Assembly: GCF_006345805.1 (NCBI RefSeq)
Contig: NW_021835104.1
Coordinates: forward strand, 1-43,549
Length of the DNA stretch: 43,549 nucleotides
Direction: 5' to 3'
DNA from: Octopus sinensis
Lineage: Eukaryota
The translations under genes and the position numbers were made by a program. The notes beneath the pieces are model-generated. The model made no database searches and was not told where the DNA came from. It worked only from the letters and a program-made list of their open reading frames with translations. Below, piece by piece: positions 12,316 through 25,139 of the stretch; position 1 is the stretch's first letter; each line of letters opens with the position of its first letter.

Positions 12316-12475
12316 CGGAGTGGCTGTGTGGTAAGTAGCTTGTTCACGAACCACATGGTTCCGGGCTCAGTCCCACTGCGTGGCACCTTGGGCAAGTGTG
12401 TCTTCTACTATAGCCTCGGGCTGACCAAAGCCTTGTGAGTGGATTTGGTAGACAGAAACTGAAAGAAACCAGTCG

Positions 12476-12506
<31 letters not shown>

Positions 12507-12724
12507 GCATGTGTATATGTTTGTGTGTCTGTGTTTGTCCTCCCATCATCGGTTGACAACCGATGCTGGTGTGTTTACGCCCTCGTAACTTAGCCGTTCG
12601 GCAAAAGAGAACCGATAGAATAAGTACTAGGCTTACAAAGAATAAGTCCTGGGGTTGATTTGCTCGACTAAAGGCGGTGCTCCAGCATGGCTACAGCCAA
12701 ATGACTGAAACAAGTAAAAGAGTA
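12316..12724 (+). mobile_element. SINE family A, full length
   Basis: Collinear with 374-794. Confidence 0.92.
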
Positions 12725-13348
12725 TACATATATAATATAACTAAGATAGATAGATAAGTGTTACCCATGTACCTTCACATGCATAGAATTGATATAGCTC
12801 GCCCATCAATACATATTACATAACATAATACATTATATAATACATAAATAACACTGGTCAAACTTTCTTAACAGCTTGAGAAATACATATTAATTATGTA
12901 TTTCTGAAGTTGTTAAAAAACTTAGATATTACTTGTAAAATCCTCCCCTTAACCACAAATATTCCTAACTGTTCCTTACAATATTATGCATTTCTAATCT
13001 GCATGGATATAAGTGACCTATTACCCCTTACGACAAATATTCATTGTTTACCTATTTCCGCTCCATTGATTAACGGTTTTTAATGACCATCCTTTTGATT
13101 TTGAAATTAACTGACCAATAGTATCCTCGTACTGGCCGAACCATTCCTACTTCAGATTCGGGGTTGTTTCAGGTATGTCTCCCACATATAGTACTGAGTA
13201 AAATACATAAGAAATAACTGCTAAAGAAGTAAATTATAGTTAACTGTTATTATTTTAGTTCTGTAACTACCGGTATTTTCAATTCTATTTCTTACATTTT
13301 ATATTTTTATTTTTATTTTATGACCTAACCAAGATACTTAGGAATTCT

Positions 13349-13760
13349 TCGCAGGAGTGGCTGTGTGGTAAGTAGCTTGTTTACCAACCACATGGTTCCG
13401 GGTTCAGTCCCACTGCGTGGCACCTTGGGCAAGTGTCTTCTACTATAGCCTCGGGCCAACCAAAGCCTTGTGAGTGGATTTGGTAGACGGAAATTGAAAG
13501 AAGCTCGTCGTATATATGTATATATATATATGCGTGTGTGTGTTCGTGTGTCTGTGTTTGTTCCCCCTAGCATTGCTTGGCAACCGATGCTGGGTGTTTT
13601 ATGTCCCCGTTACTTAGCGGTTCGGCAAAAGACACCGATAGAATAAGTACTGGGCTTACAAAGATAAGTCCCGGGGTCGAGTTGCTTGATTAAAGGCGGT
13701 GCTCCAGCATGGCCGCAGTCAAATGACTGAAACAAGTAAAAGAGTAAAAGAGTAAAGAGT
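13349..13760 (+). mobile_element. SINE family A, full length
   Basis: Collinear with 374-794; tail (gtaaaaga)n. Confidence 0.92.
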
Positions 13761-14060
13761 TTGGATAATTCACTTTTGGAAACATGGGTGGTTCCTTCAA
13801 CAACCTTAAACAACCCTTATCCAAGGACCTTTTGAGCGGGACGGGTTACTCGATCTGAACAAAATTCTAACTGGGCCTCACCTGCAAAGTCATGCGCTGT
13901 TTATCTTGATATGTGATCACCATGTCGCGCACATACGGTTGTGATGCATGTGCCTAGTGTACCCTTATCAGACGGGTAGTCATGATGGGTATACTGGGCT
14001 TCGTATATTCTACCCCAGTGACAATTTGATGGCATGCACTGCTCTCTCACTCAATAATAA
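13757..14060 (+). mobile_element. (TAA)n-tailed element, copy 2, 5'-truncated
   Basis: Matches 4036-4335; joined to the SINE A tail through a gagt overlap. Confidence 0.85.
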
Positions 14061-14110
14061 CTCCACCTGCCTTCGTCTTTTGTTTATTTTCATAAAGCTT
14101 CCCGTTATAT
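14061..14110 (+). mobile_element. PLE-like terminal fragment
   Basis: ccacctgccttcgtcttttgtttattttcataaagcttcccgttatatat is the reverse complement of the family at 32772-32890 and 33747-33880. Confidence 0.7.
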
Positions 14111-14334
14111 ATCTGCCTCTCTGTCTCTCCCTCTCTGTCTGTCTTTCTCTGTCTGTCTGTCTCTCTCTCTATATATATTGTTAGGCGTAGAAATGGAGGA
14201 AAAGACAAAAATTCCTAGGTGTAAGACATAAAAATAGGAGGTGGAATTTTAATGTACACATGCTAGACATATTTATCTGTATTCAAGATTACATAAAAAA
14301 TTCTGTAGTATATAGTATACATGCATACATGTCA

Positions 14335-14455
<121 letters not shown>

Positions 14456-14852
14456 CATGTACACTCTCTCTAACGCACATATGTATACACACAGTTACAC
14501 ACACACACACAGACACACACCCCCTTATACTTGCGCAGTAGCTGGTAAAAACATTTGAAAGTAACGAAGTACTAATATACATATTTTTATCGGTTATTTT
14601 TTTCTCTATCTTCTTTTCATATCGTTAGACTAAACTGTCTTCTACAAAGTTGAGGCAATAACATTTTTTTTTTAATTACATTTTCTACTTTATTAACTTA
14701 TTTCTCTATTATTCATTTAAAAAATTTTTCCTTGTTGCTAAAGTTTAAATAGCTTCAAATTATAACAGCTGTATTTTACTAAGTTATTAAATGAAAAACT
14801 ATTCAAATCCGAACTGTCAAATAATAATAATAATAATAATGATGATGATGAT

Positions 14853-15063
14853 GGCTTCAAATTTTGTTACAAGACCAGCAAGTTTGAGCAGGGGTGTAAG
14901 TCGATTATACCGTCCCCAGTGTTCAACCGGTACTTACTTTGTCGACCCTGAAAGAATTAAAGGCTAAGTCGAGGTCGGCGCAAGTTGAACTCAGGTCGTA
15001 AAATCAGACGAAATACCGCGAAGCATTTTGCGCGTTGTGTGCTAACGATTCTGCCAGTTTCGT
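14853..15063 (-). mobile_element. SINE family B-related copy
   Basis: ccccagtgttcaaccggtacttactttgtcgaccctgaaag...gctaacgattctgccagtttcg is the reverse complement of family B. Confidence 0.82.
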
Positions 15064-15605
15064 GTAATAACCCCACACATAAAAAAAAAACAAAGTCAAA
15101 GAACAAACAGAAAACACTGGGCTGTATCTCGGAACCAGAATTTAACGACAAAGGAGCATGTCACCTTCCGACCCAACCCGATCTATTATTATCTTAGGAG
15201 CATAAAATAGAAGTCGCTGGGAGAAAGAGAGAAGAAAAGGAAGAGACAGGACTTGACGGGTAAAAGCAAGGAAAAGACGAAGAAGGAGAAGGGAGAAAAT
15301 AGGTAGAAGAAGGAAGAGGAGAAGTAGAAGGAGAAGGAGGAAGAGGAGGAAAAGAAGAAGAAAAAGGAGGAGAGTTGGTCGCGGTGATAATGAGTCCAGA
15401 GCACAGATGAAACGCCTGAGTAATTAAGCCTATTGTTTTGTTGTTGCTATTGTTGTAATTATGAATTTTCCCATGATTATTCGAGTTAGAGTACTGTAAA
15501 GAAGCTAAGAACAGGATCACTACGTGCACGCTTGACCGGCTAGAAATGACAACTAAATCTCCCTCATAAAACATTCTAACGACTTGAATGATGTAGGTCG
15601 GAGTT

Positions 15606-15680
15606 CCTAACCCTAACCCTAACCCTAACCCTAAACCTAACCCTAACCCTAACCCTAACCCTAACCCTAACCCTAACCCT
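15606..15680. repeat. Interstitial telomeric repeat (CCCTAA)n, about 12 units
   Basis: Direct reading; one variant unit. Confidence 0.95.
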
Positions 15681-16137
15681 TATCACTACCTCAGCAAACA
15701 GAGAGAAGTGTATGCTTAGCTGAAGATGTATAAACACAGCCGAAACGTACCTTGAGTCATTTCCCATACATACTGAATTAAAATGTCCTCTTTACCGTAT
15801 TATTTTTTTTGTAAAAAAGAGACCTTTTGCTTATTTGTGCTACATTAAATATGCTTATTCTTATGTAACATATTATAAAAACTAGTTTGTTATTATCTTC
15901 TTGACTCGGGATTGATCTTTATTCCTGATATAGTTTAAGTGGATGTTGAGATGCCACCAGTGACCTTAGATATTCTCATGATTTTAATAAGCCATCAAAG
16001 GATGATCTTCCCTGTTCCTAAGAGATAAACATTCTATTCAGAAACACTCCGGGACACTTCATTCCAATCTCATTCATTCATTTCTCTATTTCACCACAAG
16101 CAAATTTCATTTTCTAAATCCTCGTGGAATCAAAGTT

Positions 16138-16349
16138 TATAATAATAATAATAATAATAATAAATAATATAATAATAATATAATAATAATATAATAATAA
16201 TAATAATAATAAATAATATAATAATCTTTCCTACTCTAGGCACAAAGCCTGAAATTTTGGGGAGAGAAACAGTCAATTAGATTGACCCCCCACCCACAAA
16301 TTTTCAAGTCCTTGTACCTAGAGAAGAAATAATAATAATAATAATAATA

Positions 16350-16385
<36 letters not shown>

Positions 16386-16398
16386 TATTATTATTATT
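16138..16398. repeat. (TAA)n/(TTA)n tracts enclosing two inverted SINE B tail fragments
   Basis: 16236-16263 tctaggcacaaagcctgaaattttgggg is roughly the reverse complement of 16295-16322. Confidence 0.8.
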
Positions 16399-16407
16399 TC
16401 AATCATC

Positions 16408-16970
16408 ATTATTGAGTAAGAAAGCAGCATACACCATGAAAGTGACGCTGACGTACAAATAAACGAAGCCCAATACACCTATCATAAGAAGCCGAATGAT
16501 AAGGGTACACTAGGCACATGTATCACAAACATAAGTGGGTGACATGGTGATCTCATATCAAGATAAAAAGCGCATGATCTTGCAGATGGAGCCCAGTTAG
16601 AATTTTCTTCAGGTTGAGTAGACCATCACGCTCAAAAATGTCCCTGAATAATGGTTGTTTAAGGATGGTGAACGAAACACCTGTTTCCAGAGGTGAATTA
16701 TTCAAATCCTAAAGAAGCCTTCTCAACACATGGTTATGATGCACTCACCACTACTTCTGCTCATGATTAGAGATGCACCTATCATCACGAAATTAAGGGA
16801 CATATTCAACTGGTAAAGGTAAAGCAACTGACAAGCAAATATGTGGTATTGAGCGGAATATTTGCTGTAGCTTATCTTTTACACCAAGACAAATCATGTA
16901 CATAATGATACTTCAAATCAATTAAGATCAGAAGCGATGAGAGCCACTGCCTGGTACTGTATCAGGGCAT
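16408..16970 (-). mobile_element. (TAA)n-tailed element, copy 3, longest copy
   Basis: Reverse complement is collinear with 3789-4326. Confidence 0.85.
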
Positions 16971-17444
16971 ACGTGCGTAATGAGTGTTCTGTGCATAATC
17001 ATTCTTAAGTATAATCTAGTTGATGATTAAAAAATTATATTAATCACAAATTAATATTATCTTAATTAAGCTTTTACTGCATATTTGATCTTTAACTTTT
17101 TAATGTTCTAATCATTGAAATTACTTTTATTCAACTTTAACATCGTTCATGATGCGGTTGGGGCATGAGAATAAGTTAATATTTTTAGCCTCGTTTTATA
17201 TTTTTACTTGTAATTATTAAAATATTCAGTGAATAATTAGATAATTAATTTTGATTAATTTTTGCTCTTTCGTTTTGTGCATCAGTATAAATTACAAAAT
17301 TCTGTATATTAACTTAATGACACAAATACTAAATATTTCGTTAGCTATGGCGTATTTATGTTTTCGTTAAAGAACACAAATATGACCAAAAATATTGATA
17401 TTATCTCCCCTATGTATCAATTAAAATAATTTATATTTCTTCAG

Positions 17445-18570
17445 TGACTGCAACTGCTTAACTTCCTAAACTAACCTGTTATATCTATCGACCTTTCTTT
17501 CTTCCTTATCGCATACCTTGTTGTCAGCTGGGTATGCTATATCTATGATCCATCATCGTTTGCTTTCTTTCTCAATGAACACTATGTCTGCTTTCCTATT
17601 CTCTATCTCATGGTCGCACTGAATCATAAAATCCCATAGGATCTTTGCATTATCATTTTCGATGATGCCTTCGGGTTTATGCTCGTATAAGTTCTTTCTG
17701 TCATATCCATACTTTTTGCAAGGTATCCAATGGACAATCCATGCTATATTGTCATGGCGTCTTTTTCTGGGCTAGTGGAGTAAATTGACTGGTAATATGC
17801 CATTCAGTTTCTCCATTTTGACCACAGATTCTGCACTTATCACTTTCTGATTTCTGTGTTGTCTATTTTGTATTTGATGTAATTGGTTTTTAATGCTTGC
17901 TCTTGGGAAGCACAATTTTGAGCCTCCGTTTCCAGTTTTAAATCACTTTTAGTCATCCATAGCTATCGTTTTTGTCTATCTTTTCTTCAACATCCTTATG
18001 AACTTGTCCATATATCCTTTTCTTTATCCACCTATTTTCGGTTTTATTCATTCTCAAGTGCTTGCACAGTGCCTTATCTTCACAATCTTCCATCCCACAC
18101 ACGCCTGGTCTCCTTACTTGCAATTATAACGGTTCCGTGGCATTTTTTACATACCATGCTATGTTGTTTTCTTCTGTTCTAATGCTGTGTTCGCTTCCAA
18201 TCAGTCCTCTTCTCACTCTTTTTCTTGGTAGCTTCGGGCTCTACTTCTGTGAACCAACGGGTTTTCCTTATTACTCTAACTTGATCACATAATCTCTGTT
18301 CCCTGAGTTGAAATAATCCTCTTTCTCTCCATTGATCATACATATGTTTTCGGCATCCCCTAATATGAGCACCATTTTAGTCTACAGGGTTGTTCAGGTA
18401 GTAACACTCCATGACCACGGATTCGACATGTTTGTTCCATCTACGCCGCGTGGGCAGGTCCATTGCTGGATAACGACAGGCTGGAGACGGGCCAGTGTCT
18501 CTGAGCCTGCCGGGTGCAACACTGTCACTATTAAGGTCTTTAGTTTCATTACCACCGTTATTCACAATAT
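17445..18570 (-). mobile_element. Dong/R4-clade REL-endonuclease LINE relic with the RT domain deleted
   Basis: N-terminus RRRWNKHVESVVMECYYL...EQRLCDQVRVIRK is joined near 18218 to post-RT RRGLIGSEH...; then LKLETEAQNCASQEQAL, Zn knuckle CRICGQNGETEWHI, RHDNI, and REL KILWDFMIQCDHEIENRKADIV...IIDIA...KVDRY; stops and frameshifts present. Confidence 0.9.
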
Positions 18571-18984
18571 TTTATTTTTTCATTGTCACTCATATGAGGC
18601 AGCGACTATCAGGTTGCGCAATTACCAGTGTTTTATTGTGTCACCATCACAAGTTGTATCATTGATCAGGACATAGGGAGATTCCAGCCGCTTCCTTTCA
18701 TTATCATTATTATCATCACTGATATTATTATTTTCATTTTTTACTATTTGTCATTGTTAATATTTCCTCTGATCCAACATGAGTTTTGACTAATTGTCAT
18801 TAACACTTTCGTGTTAGTACTAGGTTCTGGGTCTTATCTATTAGCGCCGACAATTTGATAGAGCATCGCTTCTATAATTATAAACAAATAAATGTAGTTA
18901 AACGATACAAAGAGGCAAAAAAAAAACTACATCCACCCCTATTTTTCCGTGGGAGGTATATATGTGTTTAATTCCGTGGTGGGG

Positions 18985-19016
<32 letters not shown>

Positions 19017-19212
19017 CTGTTTAATGCTTTTGAGAGCAATAATGACTAGTCTTTGTCGTTTGCTTTTATTCGATTCGCTTATGTATGTGTGTGTGCGCTT
19101 GTTTATGCATTACTTAATGTTACTTTGAAATATTAAAATGTGTTCATGTAAAACCGGGGTGTATACGTAATTAATTAGTTTACGTACTTACGTGTTTGAG
19201 ATGTCTGTTTAA

Positions 19213-19372
19213 ACGGATATAGTCCAATATGTACTTACTCGGATATAGTCCAACACTTTTAATGAGTATTATTTACTCGGGTGTAGTCCAGCGCTTTGTC
19301 AGTGTGGCGGAAAATAGAAATAAATTTTAATGGGTATTACTTACTCGGATATATTCTGACACTTTGTCAGTT
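19213..19372. repeat. Four diverged copies of ttactcggatatagtccaacacttt
   Basis: Copies near 19214, 19234, 19272 and 19340 with unequal spacers. Confidence 0.75.
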
Positions 19373-19440
19373 ATTTTAGGCTCCATTTGTTGCCTTTAAT
19401 CCCGATGTTTTTGTCACTTTCACATATCAAACGTTTTGTC

Positions 19441-19465
19441 ATTATTATTATTATTATTATTATTA

Positions 19466-19502
<37 letters not shown>

Positions 19503-19518
19503 TATTATTATTATTATT
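19441..19518. repeat. (ATT)n microsatellite
   Basis: Direct reading. Confidence 0.95.
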
Positions 19519-20149
19519 AACAACAGTTTCTTACGTGAAAACAAATACAATACGAAAATAGGTTGACTGGCAAAGAAAGTTCGAGAATTTTGGAAAAAAG
19601 TTTTTTTTCCTTTATTAAAAATACAGAAAAAGAGGAGAAAAATAATATTGGAAACTTAAGTCTTTTCTTTCTTCTTTGCTCAATAAAACTTCCAGCCTTA
19701 TTAAATAATGACAAGGTGAGGTTATTTTTCTTATTCCTTGTTCTTCTCTTTGTCTCCAGGGAGATACCATCTACAGCTTTAGGATAGATATATATAGGTG
19801 TTGCTTTATATGTTTTGTATGCATTGCGCTGATCACGCATACACACACACTCGGACGCACACACAAAGACACACAGAAACACACACATACCCACTCACAC
19901 ACACACAACTATGTTGTATTAAATATACATGTAAAGAAACATATTTCTGTGAACATCCGCTCATGCACATTTACGAATTATATATACATTTAAACATAAT
20001 TATATGTTTATATATCCACTCTCATATATATATTCATGATCATATAGATTTACATACTTGAGGCTTAACGTATATATATCAAAGAAGAAAAAGAAAATGG
20101 AGAGTGGGAAGTTAATAATTTTGTATTATCAACAACTTACCAATCATCA

Positions 20150-20233
20150 CCCCTTACAGCTGTTTCAATTAATACTCAGTGAATTAATTAAATATTAAAT
20201 TCATATTACCTGAGCATAAAATCTTCAGAGGAA
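20150..20233 (-). ncRNA. Type I hammerhead ribozyme motif (PLE pseudo-LTR type)
   Basis: Minus strand: ttcct-CTGAAGA-[stem II atgctcag/ctgagtat with long AT insert]-GAAAC-AGCT-GTA^agggg; palindromic stem III ACAGCTGT; predicted cleavage between 20155 and 20154. Confidence 0.72.
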
Positions 20234-20334
20234 AGAAAAATATACCATTGAATGTCTTATATATGTGTTTATGGATTCATTATAACACACTAAACCAGTA
20301 TTTCCGTGGATGAAACCATCCCCTCATGAGGCTA

Positions 20335-20335
<1 letters not shown>

Positions 20336-20406
<71 letters not shown>

Positions 20407-20415
20407 ACACGCACA
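20336..20415. repeat. (CA)n microsatellite
   Basis: Direct reading. Confidence 0.97.
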
Positions 20416-20507
20416 AATACTTATAAATATAATTTTTAATATTTTGTAAAAAGTGACTATGTGAATACTCTTTTCACATTGTTTTTTATACGAAGTGTTG
20501 ACTACTT

Positions 20508-20950
20508 GTTAGTTTAGGCTTTAGAATTCTTCAAAAGTATTCTTCTTTTCCTTTCATAGTTGATAATTTTCATCGTTCATTTTGTAAAATGGGAATACTT
20601 TAAATTTTCTATTTGCACAAATATCTAGATGTTCACTACATGGGACATTCATAAGCGATGAATCCCTAATTTGTTGTTTATGTACATTTATACGACTGGA
20701 CAGTTTCGTTCCTGTCTCCCCTATGTAGTTTTTATTGCATTTTTAGGCATGTGATGCAGCAGATGAGGCTTTTTGATTTGCAATTCATGGTTGCAATCAC
20801 TTTTAATTCCTTCCCATTCTTGAATCTTCTGGTTGTCCCTTGCTCAGTTAATCCACATGCCCCACGACGGAGGTCTCCGAAGTTGGTTACTTGTATCGTT
20901 TCTTTTTCAAATGTGAATCGCACCTTTGTTAGAAGTCTCTTGAAGTTTGG
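20508..20950 (-). mobile_element. Penelope-like element GIY-YIG endonuclease relic
   Basis: MNCKSKSLICCITC / NYIGETGTKLSSRINVHKQQIRD...PCSEHLDIC...FKVFPFYK, with a frameshift; same strand as, and upstream of, the hammerhead at 20150-20233. Confidence 0.85.
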
Positions 20951-21000
20951 TGGTTGCCTGTCTGTCTGTCTCTGTCTGTCTGTCTGTCTGTCTCTCTCTG

Positions 21001-21052
<52 letters not shown>

Positions 21053-21567
21053 ATATTTCCTTGTCTAATATTATATTTCCTTGTCTAATTATAATATAAT
21101 ATATTTTGTATAATGCCTTTACTGTTATGTAATGGTGTGTATAAAGTATTGATTGTGGTATCATCTGATGGTGATGTTTGATGATTAAGTATGTTTCTCC
21201 ATTTTCTAATTTTGTAGTATTATATATATATGTATATATTGTCTTACAAGGATAATGGAATAATGTTGATTGTGGTTTCGAAATTTTGGCTTGCCAGCTT
21301 TTATCGAACAGACTAAGTTAAGCTTGAAATCATAATCAATACGGTTCTGGTAAGATAATGATTATAAATATATATATTAAATATGTTATTATATATATTT
21401 TGTCACATGTATTACGTATTTAGTTATATACTATATATTTGGCTGTATATTAATATGTTTGGTTTATATGCTACTGTACATATGTATTTTAGTATTATAT
21501 ATTAAGTATATGTTATTTTATATCTGTTGTGTATACACTCTATGTCATTTCTCTCTCTCTCTTTCTG

Positions 21568-21647
<80 letters not shown>

Positions 21648-21814
21648 TTAAATCTTTAAAAATGTTTTAGCCCGAAAGCCGCGGCCATGCTGGGGCACCA
21701 CCGCTGTATATATATTATAATATATATATATTATATATATATTATATATATAATTATATATATATATTATATATATATTATATATATATGTGTGTGTGTG
21801 TGTTTCTTTTATTT

Positions 21815-21998
21815 CTTTCAGTCATTTGACTGCGGCCATGGTGGAGCACCGCCTTCAGTCGGACAAATCGATGCCAAGACTTATTCTTTGTAAGCCTAGT
21901 ACGTATATTCTATCGGTCTCTTTTGCCTGATCGCTATGTTATGGGGACGTAAACACACCAATATCGGTTGTCAAGCGATGGTTGGGGGACAAACACAC

Positions 21999-22068
<70 letters not shown>

Positions 22069-22220
22069 CGACGGTCTTCTTTCAGTTTCCGTCTACCAGA
22101 TCTATTCACATGGCTCTTGTCGGCCCGAGGCCATAGTAGAAGACACTTGCCGAAGCTTCCACGCAGTGGAACTGAACCCGGAACCATGTGATTGGTAAGA
22201 TAGCTACTTACCACACTGCC
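21815..22220 (-). mobile_element. SINE family A
   Basis: Reverse complement of 374-794, with expanded internal (TG)n. Confidence 0.9.
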
Positions 22221-22584
22221 AAACCACGCATTGTATATAATATTGTGCATTGCATTTGGTTACTATATGTTATAATACTCTATAGCCAGTCTGTATGCAA
22301 TTAATTATTTTGGTGAGTACTTTGGTTGCCATAGTTACCGTTTGTAGCTGTGAACTGACGACCGAATAGTAGGCAACACAGAGACGTACAGCCACGTGAC
22401 TGGTTTGGTGTTGTCTCGTCTGAGAAATACTGTTGTCAGGCGGCGTCTTTCCATATATCTGGAATCAACAAAAGTGACTCTGTGCTAGAAATAGCAGTTG
22501 AAACTCCACCCACCCCGTATCATACCTTACATTCTAAAAAAATTGAGGAATACATTGGAGTATTTAATATTAGATCTAACGTAG

Positions 22585-22720
22585 ATGTGTCGTTAAGAAG
22601 TTCGCTTCTCAATCACGTGGTTTCAGATCCAGCCCCACGACATGAATCTTTGAGCAAGTACCTTTTATTTACAGACTCGGGGAAGCAGAAATTAAGATGG
22701 GGACTCATTCGAAGCTTGTT
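22585..22720 (+). mobile_element. SINE family A, degenerate 5' half
   Basis: gttaagaagttcgcttctcaatcacgtggtttcagatccagcccc...ttgagcaagt. Confidence 0.6.
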
Positions 22721-22880
<160 letters not shown>

Positions 22881-22969
22881 GCATGTATATTTACAGACAC
22901 CACACAAGTCTCACGCACGCAGACACACATACATATTTGAATATATATATGTATATGTTCCACACAGTC

Positions 22970-23048
22970 ATGGCTATGTGTTAAGAAGCTTGCTTCCCAA
23001 CCACACGGTTCTGGGTTCAGTCCCTACGGAAACTGAAAGAACCCCGTA
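22970..23048 (+). mobile_element. SINE family A head, internally deleted
   Basis: ...gggttcagtccc is joined directly to acggaaactgaaagaa. Confidence 0.7.
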
Positions 23049-23299
23049 GTATCGGGGTCAGTAATTTCTAGTGTGTGTTCTGTGATTTAATGTATGAAGT
23101 GTATCCGTCAGAGAAACCATTTTACTGTGCTTTTTAATAAGCGTAAATAAAGAATGTTGAGAAGGCAATTCATTTAAAACGAAACATTGCTGACTATATT
23201 TAAATAAAACAAGTTCTGGCAAGTAGTAACAATGATTAATCTGCATGTGTATGCGATACAGGAAAAAATCTCATAACTTACTTTTAATACAGAAGGGTT

Positions 23300-25000
23300 A
23301 TGTGGAAGCCCTTCTAAGCTAATAAGAACAAGTATGTACCGCTTACAATTATTTATTCGCTTTAATGAAGAAAGTTATATATTACAGGAAGCAGATGTTG
23401 TAGTTATGGCCAGAATCAGATGTAATTTTGTTACTCCCACCAGAGCTTCATTTAGTCTAAGCATCTGTATTATATCTGCCACTTCTTGAATGTTTGACAC
23501 TTGCTTTTCAAACTCCGCAGCATAAATTGGTTTTAGCTTGCATTTAAATCCATCCAAATTTAATGTCTTTACAGACATTTAAAGATGAATATGCTTCCCT
23601 CAAAATTTTCAGATTCAACAATCCAAATAATCTGAACTAAAAATAATTTAATCAATGGTGTTTTAACTCTTTTTCTGTCTTTACTGACATCAACGTATCC
23701 CAAAAACCCTTTCCTGAGGCTTTTCCTTCTCATCAACAATTAAAAAAATGTGTGACAATTGAAGGTCTATACTCTCATCAAACATAATTTCATGCAAAAT
23801 GTTGTTAAACAAAGTTCTTAAAGCATCTTCTGGTAGTTCAGCGACACCACCCAGAGCCCGACAGAAAAATTCTTCAAACTTGTTGTTCCTGATATTGTGA
23901 CGAGTCTTATGATTTGAACCCTTTTCATTAAATTATCAGTTCACTATCATGAGTGAGTCATAGTTGGGGTATGTAATCATAACTTGAATACTTTTCTTTC
24001 GATCAATTGGTTTGAAGGAGATCAGACTATCAGTTAGAACATCATCACAAATGTCCTTGAGATTCGCTTTTTTCTCCAGTTAAGCAATTTAGCGTTAGAA
24101 ATCAACCAGAGTTCTCATAGCATTCGAAGAGAACACAACTCAGTTCTCGTCAAGATAATCATGGACAAAATTTCAACAAGATTTGTCGGTCTCGTATCTT
24201 GAAGATAACTAATGGCCGAGCAATTACTGTTACGTCGATCCCTATATCCTAGTCTCTCGACCAGTGAAGATTTAATAATTTATGTATTTATTGACGGTCT
24301 GCCTTTCTTTAAATGAATCTAATGTTTAATATTTTCTGCTTGAAATATATGCAGCGAGTCTAATCTCGATTAATATAACAATTACACCTACCGCTACAAT
24401 ATACACTAATTGCTTTTTGAATTTCTCAACCTCAAAAATACACTGGGAAATATCAAGCGAAATATTTTGAAGAATCGAAAACAGAATCTCAGCCACTGAA
24501 TATGGTTTGAAAAACCACAAAAAATCTTCTAGGATTGCAATGAATCTCTCTACTCTTGGAAACTCAGAAGCAATCCAACGACGCGGATTTTGCAATATGG
24601 TTGAAAAAATAATTTTGTTGGATGAAATGAATAATTGTCGAGATGAATAATTCCAATTCGGGTAACTTTGGAAAATACTTTCCAACGGTTTCATCAAGTA
24701 GGGGTTATTCAAGCCGTCGACTTTGAGAAAAAAAATCGAAATTCTTTTTAAAGTTTGGAAGAAAATTCGACTTTCACAAACTCTTGAAACTGCTTGAGTT
24801 CCAAATTAAGTGAATGTTTATAACAACGTACATCTTCTGTTAATGATGAAGCTTTTCTGTCTTTACTGACATCAACTTATCCCCTAAACCTTTCTTGAAG
24901 CCTTCCCTTCTCATCAACAAATAGGAAAACATGTGACAGTTAAGATTTCACTCGAAGGTCTGTAGTCTCACCAAACAACACAGCAACTATGAGGAAAGCC
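23300..25000 (-). mobile_element. hAT-superfamily transposase relic(s), ZMYM1-like type
   Basis: GETTD...VDEKGRLQERF.G.VDVSKDR (24853-24975), RCYKHSLNL (CxxH motif), NWNYSSR, and C-terminal LILAITTTSASC..SSLKRI dimerisation motif (23345-23430); many stops. Confidence 0.82.
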
Positions 25001-25139
25001 TCAAGAAAGTCCTCTGAATAGGCAAGTTTTTGATCTCTGCTACACAGGACGGTAAAAGCATCAGCACTTCAAGAGAAAAAAGGTTAACAAGGTATCTGCT
25101 GGCTTAACACAACTGGAAGACAAGCAGTAAAATATCTGC

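Noticed and set aside
15576-15767. VR-dipeptide ORF, or a true chromosome end
   Set aside because: Translation of TTAGGG; the tract is only 75 bp with ordinary sequence on both sides.
19213-19372. CRISPR-like repeat-spacer array
   Set aside because: Repeats are diverged, spacers are irregular and partly similar, there are no cas genes and the context is eukaryotic.
21048-21089. Short tandem duplications here and at 3746-3789
   Set aside because: Ordinary local slippage.
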